Of a DNA stretch of 64,000 nucleotides, positions 11,796 through 24,932 are shown in pieces (the stretch's first letter is position 1; each line of letters begins with the position of its first letter). The DNA lies in contig NC_082708.1 in assembly GCF_030144855.1 (NCBI RefSeq), forward strand, positions 170,562,001 to 170,626,000. Direction: 5' to 3'. The notes under the pieces are model-generated. The model ran no database searches and was not told the origin of the DNA. It saw only the letters and a list, made by a program, of their open reading frames with translations. The stretch comes from Hypanus sabinus (Eukaryota). Made by a program: the position numbers and the translations under genes.

Positions 11796-12124
11796 TTGTC
11801 AATGGATTTATGGTTGTACTTTTATGCCAGCTATAGTGACAGAGGAATAAACAGGAGGTTCTGTTGCTGAGAGCCAGATTACCATTTTGTCTATTACCTT
11901 TCAGGTGGCAGGGTCAAGGCCAGCTTGGATGGAGTCCCCAGCATTCTTAAGTGGGAAAGGGAGCACTCAGAGTTCATGGTCCATGTCAGTATCTATCACA
12001 TAGGTAGGGAGGGTGATGATGTCCTGCAAAGTGAGTTCTGTGAGTTAGGAGCTAGGTAAGTTAAACCCTCCACGGGTTGATCACTATTCATGTCAAATTC
12101 AAGTGAGGCCAGAAACAGGAAGAT

Positions 12125-12780
12125 AGTAAGACTGTAAGACATAGGAGCAGAATTAGGCCACTTGGCCCTTCGAGTGTCCTCCACCATTCTATCCCGGCTG
12201 ATTTATTATCCCTCTCAACTCCATTATCTTGCCTTCCCCCCATAATCTTTGAACCCCCCCCCAAACTAATGAAGAACCTATCAGCCTCCACTTTAAAATT
12301 TACTCAATGACCTAGTCTCCACAGCTATTCGTGGCAATGAAATCCACAGAGTCACCACTCTTGGTCTAAACACATTCTTCCTCATCTCTGTTCTAAATGG
12401 ATGTCCCTCTACTCTGAGGCTGTGGCTAAAATAATTCTTCTTGTGTCCTCTGGTCCTAGACTCCCCCACTATAGAGTTATATAGTTATATAGACTCCCCC
12501 ACTATATATTCTCTTCACATCCATTTTATACAGGCCTTTCAATATTCAATAGGCTTCTATGAGATAGCCCCCATTCTTCTAAACTCCAGCGAGTACAAGC
12601 CCACATCAAATGTTAGCATTTTCATTCCTGGGATCACTTTTGTGAACCTTCTCTGGACCCTCTCCAAATTGAAAAATCTTTTCTTAGATAAGGGGCTCAA
12701 AACTGCTCACAACACTTCAAGTGCAGTTTAACCAATGCCTTATACAGTCTCAGAATTACATCCTTGTTCTTATATTCCAG
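12125..12780 (-). mobile_element. CR1 LINE 3' fragment
   Basis: Same 3' UTR and RT C-terminal sequence as the other CR1 copies. Confidence 0.75.
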
Positions 12781-13332
12781 TCCTGATGAAGGGTCTCAGC
12801 CCAAAGCATCAACTGTTTACTCTTTTCCATAGATGCTGCTTGGCCTTCTGGGTTCCTCCAGCATTTTGTGTGTGTTGTTTTGGATTTCCAGCATCTTATA
12901 TTCTAGAGCTCTTGCAACATCTGCTAATATTACATTTCCCTTTTTTTTAATCACCAACTCAACCTGCAAGTTATCACTTATGGCAGGGGTTCCCAATCTT
13001 TTTTATGCCATGGATCAAAACCAATAAGCAAGGGGTCTGTGGATGCCAGTTTGGGAAGCCCTGCTCTTGGGAATCCTGCAGAATGGCTCACAAACACGAA
13101 GAAATCTGCAGATGCTGGAAATTCAAGCAACACACACAAAATGCTGGTGGAACGTAGCAGGCCAAGCAGCATCTATAGGAAGAAATACAGTCAATGTTTT
13201 GGGCCGAGACCCTTCATCAGGATTAACTGAAAGAAAAGATAGTAAGAGATCTGAAAGCCGAATGGCTCACTAGTCTCTTTGCACCTTGGAGTTTTGAAAA
13301 TAAAAAATAGTCTACACTTTTTTTCTTCTAGC

Positions 13333-14129
13333 TGTTACGAACCCACAGGTTTCGTTTACTGTGGACTGTCACTTTAAAAGAGCGCTTTGTTGAGGCAGAA
13401 CTATGATGTTGTTCACTGACTGACTCACAGCTTGTTTACCTTTAAAACATGGACACAGACAGTCACAGTCAGGAATCAGAAGAAGAGAGAGAGAGAGAGG
13501 AACAAACCTGGAAAAGGTAGCAGCTCCAGCTTGTAGAAGCTGGGAATTTGGAACTCTGCTATACCCACAAGAGTGGGTTGATTATCAATCTACTGCACAT
13601 CAAATGTGTGTCTGTCACTTTGTATAATCCAAAGGAGTGGATTTAGGAATGTCCTGTGGGACCACTCGAAGTTAACCCTTGCATGGGTATGTTATGTGGT
13701 AATCGCTTGAAGATGACATCCTCTTGATAGATCACCTTGGTGGTAATTCATATGTGGATTTGGAACAGCCTGTTGCACGATCTTCGACAACTGATATTTA
13801 TTAATTACCATGGTGGAACCTGTGGAATTCGATGTGATTGCTTTCTCTTTGTGTTTTACCTGGGATTACAAATATTTCTCTCCCATCATTTATTCTGTGG
13901 ATGAACTGAACTTTCATGCTTTACCATTTCAAGGCTCTAAGCCTTGCTCCCCCAGGCTCGGTAGTTTGGGAGTTATATTTACACATATTGATACACATAA
14001 CATTGTTAACTTTTGGTTATCCTGTTTAAGTTACAATATTATAAGTAGTTAATAATAGAGTTTTAACATCAAAACCAAGTGTGAACTCTGTTGCTGCTGG
14101 TTCGTTTCTGAATTGTTACAGATCAATCA
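13333..14129 (+). repeat. Left LTR
   Basis: TGTTACGAACCCACAGG...AATCA followed by a 4-nt spacer and the PBS. Confidence 0.9.
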
Positions 14130-17100
14130 AAATTGCGGGCTCGTCTGGGATATGAACAATTGAGGGTTTATTGATTGATTAATTATCGATTTGATTGAGG
14201 AAATCCATTTTGATTTACTTGTCTGTGTAAATCGGAAGCAATGGATATTGAGGCATTTCTGGAAGCACTGGATCCTGGGGAATTAGAGTCACCAGAAAAG
14301 ACGAAGTGGTGGCTATTGCTAAAAAGCTGAGACTTGTTTCAATAAATGGTCTATGAGAAAGCCAGAGATTCAGAGGAAGATAGCTGAGTACTGTATTTCT
14401 TTGGGGAAGTTTGATGCTGAGAGATTAGAATTGTTCCCTGAACGTAAACCAGTTACCCATGAGCTCCAGGTACGGCTGGACCAATTAAGGTTCGACCGAG
14501 AGAGACTTAGATTAGAAGCTGCAGAAACAGACAAACAGAGGGAAGAAGCAGAAAAAAAGTATTTGAAGCTGAGGAAACAGAAAAACAGAGGCTGGAAGCA
14601 GAAAGACAGAGGCTGTTTGATTTGGAAAAGATAGAGAAAATGCAGCAAAGGGGTTTACTGATTGACCCTGGTGAGAATTTGTTGCCAATCAGGAAGCAAA
14701 ATTGGTCCCTCCATTTAATGAACCCAAGGTTGATAAATACTTTCAGTATTTTGAGAAGGTGGCTCAAAGTCAAAATTGGCTGGAAGGAAGCTGGTCTCTC
14801 TTGTTATGGACTATATTTATGGGTAAGGCTCAACAAGCTTACTCTGCTTTCTCAATTAGAGATGCTGCTAATTATGAGACAGTGAAACGGGCCATATTCA
14901 AAACCTATGAATTGGTTCCAGAAGCCTATAGGCAAAGGTTTAGAAGTTTGAGGAAAACTGTGAGTCAGACACGTGGAATTTGCTTATGAGAAGTTTGTGT
15001 GTTTTGAAAGATGGTGCAATCTGAAAATGTGAATGATGTTTTTAACAGCTTGAAAGAGTTGGTTTTATTTGAAAATTTTAAAGGGTGTGTCCCTGATGAC
15101 ATAAAGACCTATTTAGTTGAAAGGGATGCTGCCATTTTGCAGGAGTCTGCTAGATTAGCAGATGAGTTTTATTTAACCCACAAGGTTGAGTTTACCACAA
15201 GTAGGTGCTTCCAAAAGAGTAGCAGGGATAACCAGGATAAACCAGAAATTAAATCTGGAGCTAGTGACAAAAGTAAGGATGAAGGGAAGCAAGTGAAGGA
15301 GAAATATTCTGGTCTTACTTGTTACTATTGAGAGAAAGCTGGTCATGTTATGGCTAATTGTTACATCCTGAAGAAGAAAATGGTAAAGGAGGCAGCCCCA
15401 AATGCTTGTAGTCTGTATGTTGAAACACCTATAAACCCACAGGGGTCTGCACGTTCTGATGAGGCTCACTTAAGGACTGAGAAGTCTGACCGAGTTAAGA
15501 AAAGATTTGATCATTTTGTGTCAGATTGGTTTATATCAGTAAAGGAAGGGTCAACCAGTAAAAATTCTTTGAGATATTGGGGCTTCTCAATCACTTATAT
15601 TAGACAGTGTTGTGAAGTTTAATGATGAGACTGACACTGGTGAGGTAAATCTTATTAAAGGCATCGGGGGTGACGTTTTTCCTGTACCTCTGCACAAAGT
15701 TATTTTGCAGTTGGAGTTAGTGACAGGACTTGCTAAAGTAGGACTCCGGCCCAGTTTACCAATTGTTGGTGTTTCTTTGCTGTTGGGAAATGACCTAGCA
15801 GATGGTAATGTTGTTCCAGCAGTGCAGCTGACAGCTAAGCCAATCACTGATGTTTCCAAAACGGATTCTAACATTCATCCTTCCTGCGCAGTGATTTGAA
15901 GTATGGCTAAGAAGTCAGTCAATGTAGATAGTTCTGTGCAGCACAATTCTGCTACCATCCTAGACAAAATCGGGATTCAGGGTGTAATGACTTGTCAGGG
16001 ACGTTTCTGCCTTCATTTTTTCAACAGGATTCAGATAGTAAATCTGATGGGAAAGATTTATCTTTGTCTAGGAAGGAATTTATAGCAGAACAGAACTGAT
16101 TATATCAAGGATGAACTGTTAATGAGGAAGTAGAGACCACCTGCTATACCTGCAAGTGAGGAATGGGCGATTGTTCACCAAGTGGTAGTTCCAAAAGTTT
16201 ATAGGAAGGAGATTTTAACTTTGCCCCACAGTATGCCCTTAAGTGGCCATTTTGGTGTGAATAGAACTGTAAACAGGATCATGAAAGACTTTTTCTGGTC
16301 TAATTTGAGGAAAGATGTTGTGACCTTTTGCAGGAATTGTCACACTTGTCAGGTTGTGGGTGAACCTAATCAGCTCAATACAATGGCCCCACTCCGGCCT
16401 GTACCTGCATTCGGTGAACCTTTTTCTAAAGTTATTGTGGATTGTGTTGGCCCATTGCTGAAGACTAAAGCTGGCCATCAGTATTTGCTGACTATCATGT
16501 GTACAGCATCCGGATTCCTGGAAGCCATACCTCTCAGAAATATCAAAGCTAAAACTGTGTCAAACACTCTCATAAAGTTTTTTACTTTACTTGCTTTGCC
16601 TAAAGAAATCCTGTCTGATCAAGGAAGTAATTTTACATCTGGATTATTCCAGCAGGTAGTTTATGAACTGGGAGTTAAACAAATTACATCATCTGCGTAC
16701 CATCTGGAGTCACAAGGGGCTTTAGAAAGATTTCATTCTGCCCTCAAAACAATGATTAAGACATATTGTGTTGAAAATGAAAAAGACTGGGATGAAGGTG
16801 TATATTTGATTTCATTCACAGTGAGAGAAGTGGTACAGCAATCTCTGGGCTTTAGCCCCTTTAAACTTGAATTTGGTCATAGAGTGAGGGGACCTTTGAC
16901 TTTGTTAAAGGCACAGTGGATTAATAAAGACTTACATATTAATTTGTTAGCCTGTGTGCTGACATTCAAGGACAGGCTGTACAAAGTTTGCGAATTAGCT
17001 AAGCAAAACTTGAGAACAGCTCAGGGGAAAATGAAGGTTTGGTATCATCAACAGGTGAGAAAGAGACTTTTTAAACTGGGAGATAAGGTTTTAATACTGT

Positions 17101-18934
17101 TACTAACAAGTTCAAACCCTCTTCAGGTGAGATTTTTAGGTCCTTATGAGATTGTATCTCAGGTTAGTGATGTGAATTTCAGAATCAAAACACCTGATCA
17201 TAAATGAAAAACTGTGTTTTGTCATATCAATATGATAAAACCTTATTATGAGAATATTACCTTTGGTGAGACACATCCAGCAGCTGTGGTGGCTGCTGGC
17301 AGCCACAGTGAGACTGAAGACCCTGGGAAGGTAATTTTTGATTCTGCTGAGAATCATTTTAAACCAAACATCTTCCCAGTAAGACTAACAAATTCGGCTA
17401 TTTTAGAAAACATCGATAACAAGTTGGCCCATTTGCAGCCACAGCAAAGACAACAAATGAAAGAATTAATTTTGAAGTTTAAAAATTTATTTTCTGATAT
17501 TCCAAATCGAACCACAGTCACATCACATGATGTGGATGTTGGAGATGGCAAACCAATCAAGCAACATCCCTATCATATGAACGTGGAAAAATGTAAATTG
17601 GCTGAGCAAGAAATTGAATATATGCTGAAAAATGGTATTATTAGGCCTTCACCTTCAAATTGGATTTCACCTTGCATTATTGTACCTAAACCTGATGGTA
17701 GTGTTAGATTTTGCACTGATTGTAGGAAGGTAAATGCAGTAACAAAAAACAAATGCTTATCCTATCCCCAGAGAGGATGATTGCATAGATAAGGTTGGAA
17801 AAGATAAGTTTCTTACAAAGATTGATCTGTTAAAAGGATATTGGTGTGTTCCATTGACAGACAGAGGTAGAGAAATTTCTGCTTTTGTGACACCTCTGGG
17901 TTGTATGAATACAATATTTTGCTGTTTGGGATGAAAAATGCTCCTGGAACGTTCCAGAGAATGATTAATTCTGTGAATCAAGGGTTAGAACACACAGAAG
18001 CCTGTATTGACAATTTAGTCATGGGAAATGACACTTGGGAAGCTCATATCTCTGCAGTAGAAAAGCTGTTTAATAAGCTTTCCCAGCCCAACCTTACAGT
18101 TAATTTAGCTAAGAACAAATTTGGCCATGCTACTGTAACCTATCTTGGTTATATAGTGGGTCAAGGTGAATTAGCTCCTGTTTAGGCAAAAGTCCAGGCA
18201 ATTCCCGAAGTTCCGATTTCAATTGGGAAAAAGGTTCTTCGAAGATTTCTGTGAATGCTTGGATATTATCATAAGTTCTGTAAGAACTTTGCTGATAATG
18301 CTCCTCCTTTGAACGACCTCCTAAAGAAGGTTGAAAAGTTTGTTTGGACAGAACCTTTTCAGGAGGCATTTGATCAATTGAAAGCCATTTATGTCACCAA
18401 CCTGTGCTCAGGGCACCTGACTTTGCAAATCCCTTCTCTATAGCTGTTGATGTCACTGATGAAGCTGCAAGAGCAGTATTATTACAAATGGGTAACAATG
18501 ATGTTGAACATTCTGTAGCTTACTTTTCAAGGAAATTTAATGAACATCAAAGAAATTACTCCACCATAGAGAAAAGATTATTGTCACTTAGATTTGCAGC
18601 ATTTTGATGTTTATGATTGCCCAGCTCAGAAACCACTTGAGGTTTATACAGAGCATAATCCATTGGTGTTTTTGCATAAGATGAAGGATAAAAACAGAAG
18701 ATTGTTAAACTGGTTTTGCAATAATATATTATGATAATTCACATTAAAGTCAAGGATAATGTAATTGCAGATTGACTTTCCAGATGTTAAGCATGCAATG
18801 TATGGAATAGAATCTGTGTTTTTTAAATATGTATTTGCAAAATGCTGTGTAGTAGTTGCACCTGTATTGGTTTATATATTGTAGTTTGCTCTTCTAGATC
18901 AAATGTTTCTACTTTTGGGGGAAGTGGTGGAGAA

Positions 18935-19000
18935 TCTAGTGGTATGATTCTCACTTGAGGTGCGAGAGGTACCAGTTTTCAAATCCCGGACGAGCCCCCG
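18935..19000 (+). pseudogene. tRNA-Pro copy (about nt 11 to the CCA end) embedded in the retrotransposon
   Basis: TCTAGTGGTATGATTCTCACTTGAGGTGCGAGAGGT...TTCAAATCCCGGACGAGCCCCCG matches vertebrate tRNA-Pro but lacks the first ~10 nt, so the acceptor stem cannot form. Confidence 0.88.
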
Positions 19001-19004
19001 ATTT

Positions 19005-19793
19005 TGTTATGAATTGTAACAATTTAGAAACGAACCAGCAGAAATAGAGTTCATGCTTGGAGTCTGGTTTTGATGTTAAAACCACTATTTTATTAGTAAT
19101 ATTTCTAATATTGTAACTTAAACAAGATAAACAATAGTAAACAGTGTTATGTGTAAATATAACTCCCAAACTATCGAGCATGGAGTAACAAGCCATAGAT
19201 TCTTGAAATGGTAAAGCATGGAAGTTCAGTTCATCTACAGAAGAAATGAGAGAGGTATTTATAATCCCAGATAAAACATAGAGAGAAGGCAATTACGTTG
19301 AATTCCACATGTTCCATGATGCTAATTAATAAATATCAGTTGTCAAAGATCCTCCGTCGAGCTGTTCCAAATTCACATAGGAATTACCACCAAAGTGATC
19401 TGTCACAGGGATGTAATCTTCAATGGGTTCCCACATAACTTACCCATGCAAGAGTTAACTTTGAGTGGTCCCACAAGACATTCCTGAATCCACTCTTTTG
19501 GATTATACAAAGTGAGAGACACACATTTGATGTGCAATGGATCGATAATCAACCCACTCTTGTGGGTGTAGCAGAGTTCCAAATTCTCAGCTTCGACAAG
19601 CTGGAGCTGCTACCTTTTCCTGGTTCGCCCCTCTCTCCCTGCTCTTCTGATTCCTGACTGCGACTGTCTGTGTCCTTGTTTTAAAGGTAAACAAGCTGCG
19701 AGTTAGTCAGTGAACAACATCATAGTCCTGCCTCACTGAAGCACTCCTTTAAAGTGACAGTCTACAGTAAATGAAACCTGTGGGTTTGTGACA
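19005..19793 (-). repeat. Right LTR, in inverted orientation
   Basis: The reverse complement (TGTCACAAACCCACAGGTTTCATTTACTGTAGACTGTCACTTTAAAGG...) aligns along the full length of 13333-14129. Confidence 0.92.
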
Positions 19794-19799
19794 TACCAA

Positions 19800-20182
19800 A
19801 GTACATGTCCAAACACCTCTCTACACTGTTTTCTCTCTACTCCTCTTTGCTCATTGTCCCCACTTGTCTAAGCCCTTCTGTAGTCTCCCAATTTCCTTAA
19901 CACTCCCTGCCCCTCCATCTATCTTTGTAACATCTGCAAACATGGCCACAAATCCATCAATTCCATCATCCAAATCAATGAGATATAACAGGAAAAGAAG
20001 TGGTTGCAATAATGGCCCATGTAGAACCCCACTAATCACTGGCAGCCAACCAGAATAGGCCCCCTTTATTCACAAACTTTGCCTTCTGCCAGTCAGCCAA
20101 TCTTCTACACATCTTAATATCTTTCTTGTAAGGTCATGGGGTCTTAACTTGTTAAGTAGCTTCATATGCAGGACATTGTCAA
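19800..20182 (-). mobile_element. CR1 LINE RT fragment
   Basis: SGV..G..L.PLLFLLYLIDLDDG...FAD.TKI motif. Confidence 0.75.
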
Positions 20183-23100
20183 TGTTATGGTCCAGTCCGT
20201 GAAGTCCGCATTCTGGTTCATGGCCCGGTCCATCAGATTCAGATTCAGTTTATTGTCATTTAGAAACCACAAATGCAATGCAGTTAAACAATGAGATAAA
20301 CGTTCCTCCAGAATGATAGCACAAAAGCATATGACAAAACAGTCTACACCAGAAAATCCATATAACATTTGGCAATCCCCAATCCAGAGTCTGGAGAGGC
20401 TGCTGCGTATTAATATCGTGCTACCATATTCATGTGTTCCCCAGAAAGGAGCTCCAAATCCACCAGACAAAATAAGACCAAAAACTAAAGCTACAAGTCC
20501 TGCACAAAACCACATAGTTACAACATATAGCTGCAACAGTGCAAAGAATAGCATAATTTATAAAAAAAAACAGACCTTGGGCACAGTAAAAATAGTCCAA
20601 AGATGTTAAAAGACTACAAGTTCGAAAGAAACCACCACACAGATCCCACAAGTCATCAAGGTCCCGATTTGACTCGTCATCCCATGCTGGCGGCAGAAGG
20701 AAATGCCCCCGCTGTGGACTTCCACAGTGCCGCCCGACTCAGCCTCGCAGACACAGCACACAGTGAAAGGTTTGTTGAACCCAGCCTCGCAGATGCAGTA
20801 CACAGTGAAAGTGACCTGACTGCCGCGGACTCCGAGTCTGTCGAACCTCCAAGCCTCCAACCATCCCCTCCGGCACAGCTTCTCCGAGCACATTCCTTTG
20901 CTGAGCGTATTAAAACACCCCTGCCAATGGCCATCGGCAACATGACCCCGAGGACTGGGGGTCTGTTCTTCCCAGCAGAGACCCGGAACTCATAGCAGGA
21001 GCATCAACGAAGAAGGTCTTCCTGGAGATTTCCAGATGTTACTCCGTGCTCCCACGTCTGTTTTCAACCGATTATAATTGCGCACGGCACCCCGCTTCAC
21101 AAATAAGAGATAATCAGCTCCGGAGTGGCCGCTGCAAGCTGCATCGCGCCGCCATTTTGGATCGTTATTTAACTAATTATTTAACATCGTGCCTTATTCC
21201 AGGTTTTCCTCTTTTCCCTTGTTCTGTTGGCTGCTCCAATTGAGGCACCTGATTCTTGTTTTGGGCTGGCTACATAAATAGCTCCTGGGTTCAGCTTCAT
21301 TTGCTGGCTGGTGGGTGGGATTTGATGACTGTTGATTCGTGCCGTTTGGCGGGAAGTGGGCTGAGGTTTGATTAGCCACGAGCACTGGATTGGTCTGTGA
21401 GATGAAGGGTGGAGGAACTGCTGGGGTGTTGTGGGGGACATTCTGTGGAAATATGGACTGATGGCCTGTATAGATCCGGAATGATATTCATACATGGTTC
21501 CTTACAAACTCCGATAGGATGGCAGGGAGGGAGACTGATGGTGACAGCAGTAGCACAGAGTTTGAGTGGGAAGAGGTGGGGAGAGGGACTAAGAATAGGA
21601 AGGTGATGGGTCAGAAAAGAAAAAAAGGTGGGTCTAGTGTAGGTGGATCAGAAAATGAGGGAAGAGAAATTAAGAAGAAGGGCCCGAGGGCAAATTTGCT
21701 AAATGTAGTGGTAAGCTTTGAGGGGGAAGGCAGAGTAAAGAAAATCAATCTGCTTAATTTAACAAAAATCATCAGTTGGTAAGTAGGGGAAGTGAGCCAT
21801 GCGAGAATTTTAGGAGATTGAAACCTGCTGATAGGATGTAAAACTAAAGAGCAGATTGAGAAGGCACTGATGGTGACTAATGTTGGGAAAGTCAACATGT
21901 CCAGGGTTGTAAGAGTTGGAGCACAAAGGGTCAATGGTTGCAAGGGATGATCTCCGGGGTTCCCCTCAGTGTTAATATGAAGGAGCTAGTGGAGAACTTA
22001 AGGGTGAGGAATAGTTCAGTGAAGAATGTGAAAAGAATGACAAGGGGAGCAGAGAAAAGCGAGACTGAAGCTGTTCTGGTAGAATTTGAGGATAAGCTGC
22101 CTCCAAAGGAGTTGTATTTTGGATTTCTGAGATACAATGTAAGAGAATATATACCAAAACCTATGAGATGTTTCAATTGCCAGGAGTTTGGGCATGTGGC
22201 CAAAGTGTGCAAAGGAAAGAGAAGATGTGTAAGGTGTGGTGGGGAACATGAATATGGAAAATGTGGAGAGGGAGTGGGACCAGAGTGCTCTAATTGTGGA
22301 GGTAACCATAGTGTAGCATACTGGGGATGTGAAGTGGTGAATAAAGAGGTGGAGGTGCATGGATAGAGAAGAAATTGGTGACCTTTATAGCAGGAATGGT
22401 AAATGCAACTTGTGAGATCAAATCTAAAACTAAAAGGATTCAGATTATTGTGAAAGCTGCAGAGTACCATTTGTGTATGATAGGATTAAAATGGGAAGGG
22501 TAAATAATGAACTCAGGGTACAGTTAAGTCAAGAGACAGTATGTGTGGCTTGATATTACTAATAATGCTACTTCTTCAATGGAATGCAAGAAGCCTGATT
22601 AGTAATGGACAAGATTTCAAGCAGTTTATAGCTAGTAGGAGAGAAAAGCCAGATGTTGTGTGTATCCAGGAGACATGGTTAAAACATAATTTAGATTTTG
22701 TTTTATATGGTTATGAGGCAGTAAGGCGAGACAGGAGAAAGGGGGGAGGAGAAGGATGTGCAACTTATGTAAAAGCAAGGCAATTCTTATAGAATACTAG
22801 GTATAGGAAGTGAACAAGAGCATGTGGTAGTAAAAGTATGGGCTGAAAGGAAAGAGTTTGTGATTATGAACTATTATAATCCATGCAGACGGCCAGAGTT
22901 AAACAAGCTTGCAGTGATACAAGGGTAGAAGATTAGTAACATTGTTTGGTGTGGTGATTTTAATGGACAGTGTATTATGGGGGAGCAACAGAACAGACAT
23001 CAATGGTCAAGTAAAAGAGGAGTTGCTAGATGAGAAGTATTTAGTGTGTCTAAATGATGGCAGTAGTACTAGAATTGATGTTAATACAGGTAAAGAATCT

Positions 23101-23486
23101 GTGCTTTATCTTACATTAGTATCAAACTCTATTGCATCAGTATGTGAGTGGTTAGTGTACCAAGAAGGAACTGTAAGGAGTGATCATTACCCAATCTGGT
23201 GCAAGATAAATATTTCTGCCTCATTGGTTACAGAGAATATAGGTGGGAAATGGATCCTTCAGAAAGCCAATTGGGAGAAGTTTCTGGAAAAAAATGATAG
23301 ATGTCTGAGTCAGGTCAGTGATGAGATGGACATAGAAACACTTGACAGCATATTAAAACAAGGTATAATATCAGCTGCATTAGAATTCATTCCTAAAAGT
23401 AAATGAGGAATGAAGAGTAATACCATAGTGGGATGATAATTGTAAGGATGCAGTGAGAAATAGAAATAAGGCTTTTAAATTGGTTA

Positions 23487-23488
<2 letters not shown>

Positions 23489-23561
<73 letters not shown>

Positions 23562-23728
23562 CTTTATTCATCCCCAAGGGGAAATTCAACATTTTTCCAG
23601 TCCCATACACTTATTGTAGCAAAACTAATTACATACAGTATTTAACAGTATAAATATGATATACATCTAAAATCACCCTCCCAAAAAGCATTAATAAATA
23701 GCTTTTAAAAAGTTCTTAAATAGTTTTT
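23489..23728 (-). repeat. (AGAT)n microsatellite forming the tail of a short LINE 3' end (Rex1-like) inserted in the I-clade LINE
   Basis: About 18 perfect AGAT units at 23489-23561 directly adjoining CTTTATTCATCCCCAAGGGGAAATT (AATAAA on the minus strand). Confidence 0.7.
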
Positions 23729-24295
23729 AAAAAAATAACTCATAACTTCCAATATGTGATTCAGTACAAACAAGCTCAGGCAGAAGTAAGGACAATAATA
23801 CATGCTAAAAGGACGTACTGGAAAAAGTATTGTGATTCAAACGGAAACACAACCCTAGTAGGAGAGGTGTGGGGGATGATTAAAAGGATGGGAGGGGACA
23901 GGAGAGAGTGGAGGTACCCAGTTCTGGTGGATGGAAATGTGATTGCAGTAACAAGCAGGAAAAAACAGAGTTGTTGTCAAGTACTTTTGTTATGGTACAT
24001 AGTTTTGGTAATTTGTCTGAGAAGGGAAAAAGTGGTAGGGAGAAAACAAAAGCTGAAAATATGGAGGCTTTAGGTAGGAAAACTAACCTTGATGGTGTGC
24101 AAGATGTCCCTTTCAGCATGGGAGAATTAAGAAAGGCTCAAGATAGAACAGGAAATACTGCACCAGGTAAAGATGAAATATGCTATAGTATGATAAAACA
24201 CCTGAGTGAAGGAAGTCTGGAGAAACTACTGCTTCTGTATAACAAAGTCTGGGATAAAGACAGAATACCAGGGAGCTAGAAAGAGGCAATAATTA

Positions 24296-24932
24296 TGTAA
24301 TGCTTACGCAACTGGCTGGTGTATGTCTAGGGGAAAATTCATCCACCTGCCAACCCCCGCCTGTTGTATACATGGATGCTGTGAAATACACGCTAATACA
24401 AACTTGCACACACAATATCAAGCTCACATCAGGTACGTTTACAGAATACACTTCATAAATCTTACTAGAACTAAGTGATTAATAATTTTACAACATATAT
24501 GAAGGGAAAGAAAATAAAGAAAAGGTGCCAAAACTTATCAGAGTTCAGTAAATTAGTGCACATAGTTGGAGCTCAATCATCGACCCTCCGACCAGTCTTT
24601 GCTCTTCTCCGACCTCCACGACCCGCGCACTTGGGACCACCCTTGGTGATTGATCATCAGTGCCGCATCCGTCCACCTTCCTCGCCGTCTTCTTCCCGAT
24701 TCCCGAAAAGACCGCAGAATCCCAGCTCCCAGACCCACAAGAGAAAATAACATCCAACCCAATTGGTTAACAAATGAATACAATCCCCGTTATCAGCAAC
24801 TTTAACCTAAACAAGCTTTGAGAAGCTTCGAGAATGCTCTGCAAGAAAAAACTCCCTCACCAGTTAGCATAACAAAGAGCAGTTTTACTTTTAACAAACA
24901 AAGAAGCCATTTTGATTAACATATGCTGTATG
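24296..24932 (-). mobile_element. Solo LTR inserted in the I-clade LINE ORF2
   Basis: Starts TGTAA, splits the LINE reading frame (EAII|IPIS), and shares motifs with the LTR at 51642-52282. Confidence 0.6.

Larger units (their letters stand above)
13333..19793 (+). mobile_element. Gmr1-like Ty3/Gypsy LTR retrotransposon (gag/SCAN-like, PR, INT, RT, RH) with inverted LTRs; decayed
   Basis: LTR 13333-14129; tRNA-Pro PBS 14134-14157; gag about 14240-15400 (YFQYFEKVA..W..GKAQQAY..YELVPEAYRQRFR); protease about 15570-15900; integrase 16182-17207 (H..GH..C..C, DCVGPL, SDQGSNF, LERFH) placed before RT (about 17500-18400) and RNase H (about 18400-18790); PPT 18917-18927; reverse-complement LTR 19005-19793. 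Confidence 0.93.

Noticed and set aside
16182-18790. Integrase-before-RT order as a novelty or as a Copia element
   Set aside because: This order with Gypsy-type domains is the established Gmr1 clade.
18935-19000. Functional tRNA-Pro gene
   Set aside because: The 5' acceptor strand is missing, stems are mutated, and it is embedded at a retrotransposon junction.
13333-19793. DIRS element or DNA transposon, because of the inverted terminal repeats
   Set aside because: It encodes a DDE integrase and protease and has a PBS and PPT; no tyrosine recombinase or transposase is seen.
20162-21243. Cluster of overlapping 90-130 aa ORFs
   Set aside because: No recognisable domain; it lies in a repeat with a (TCAGAT)n tail and is probably a non-autonomous retroelement.
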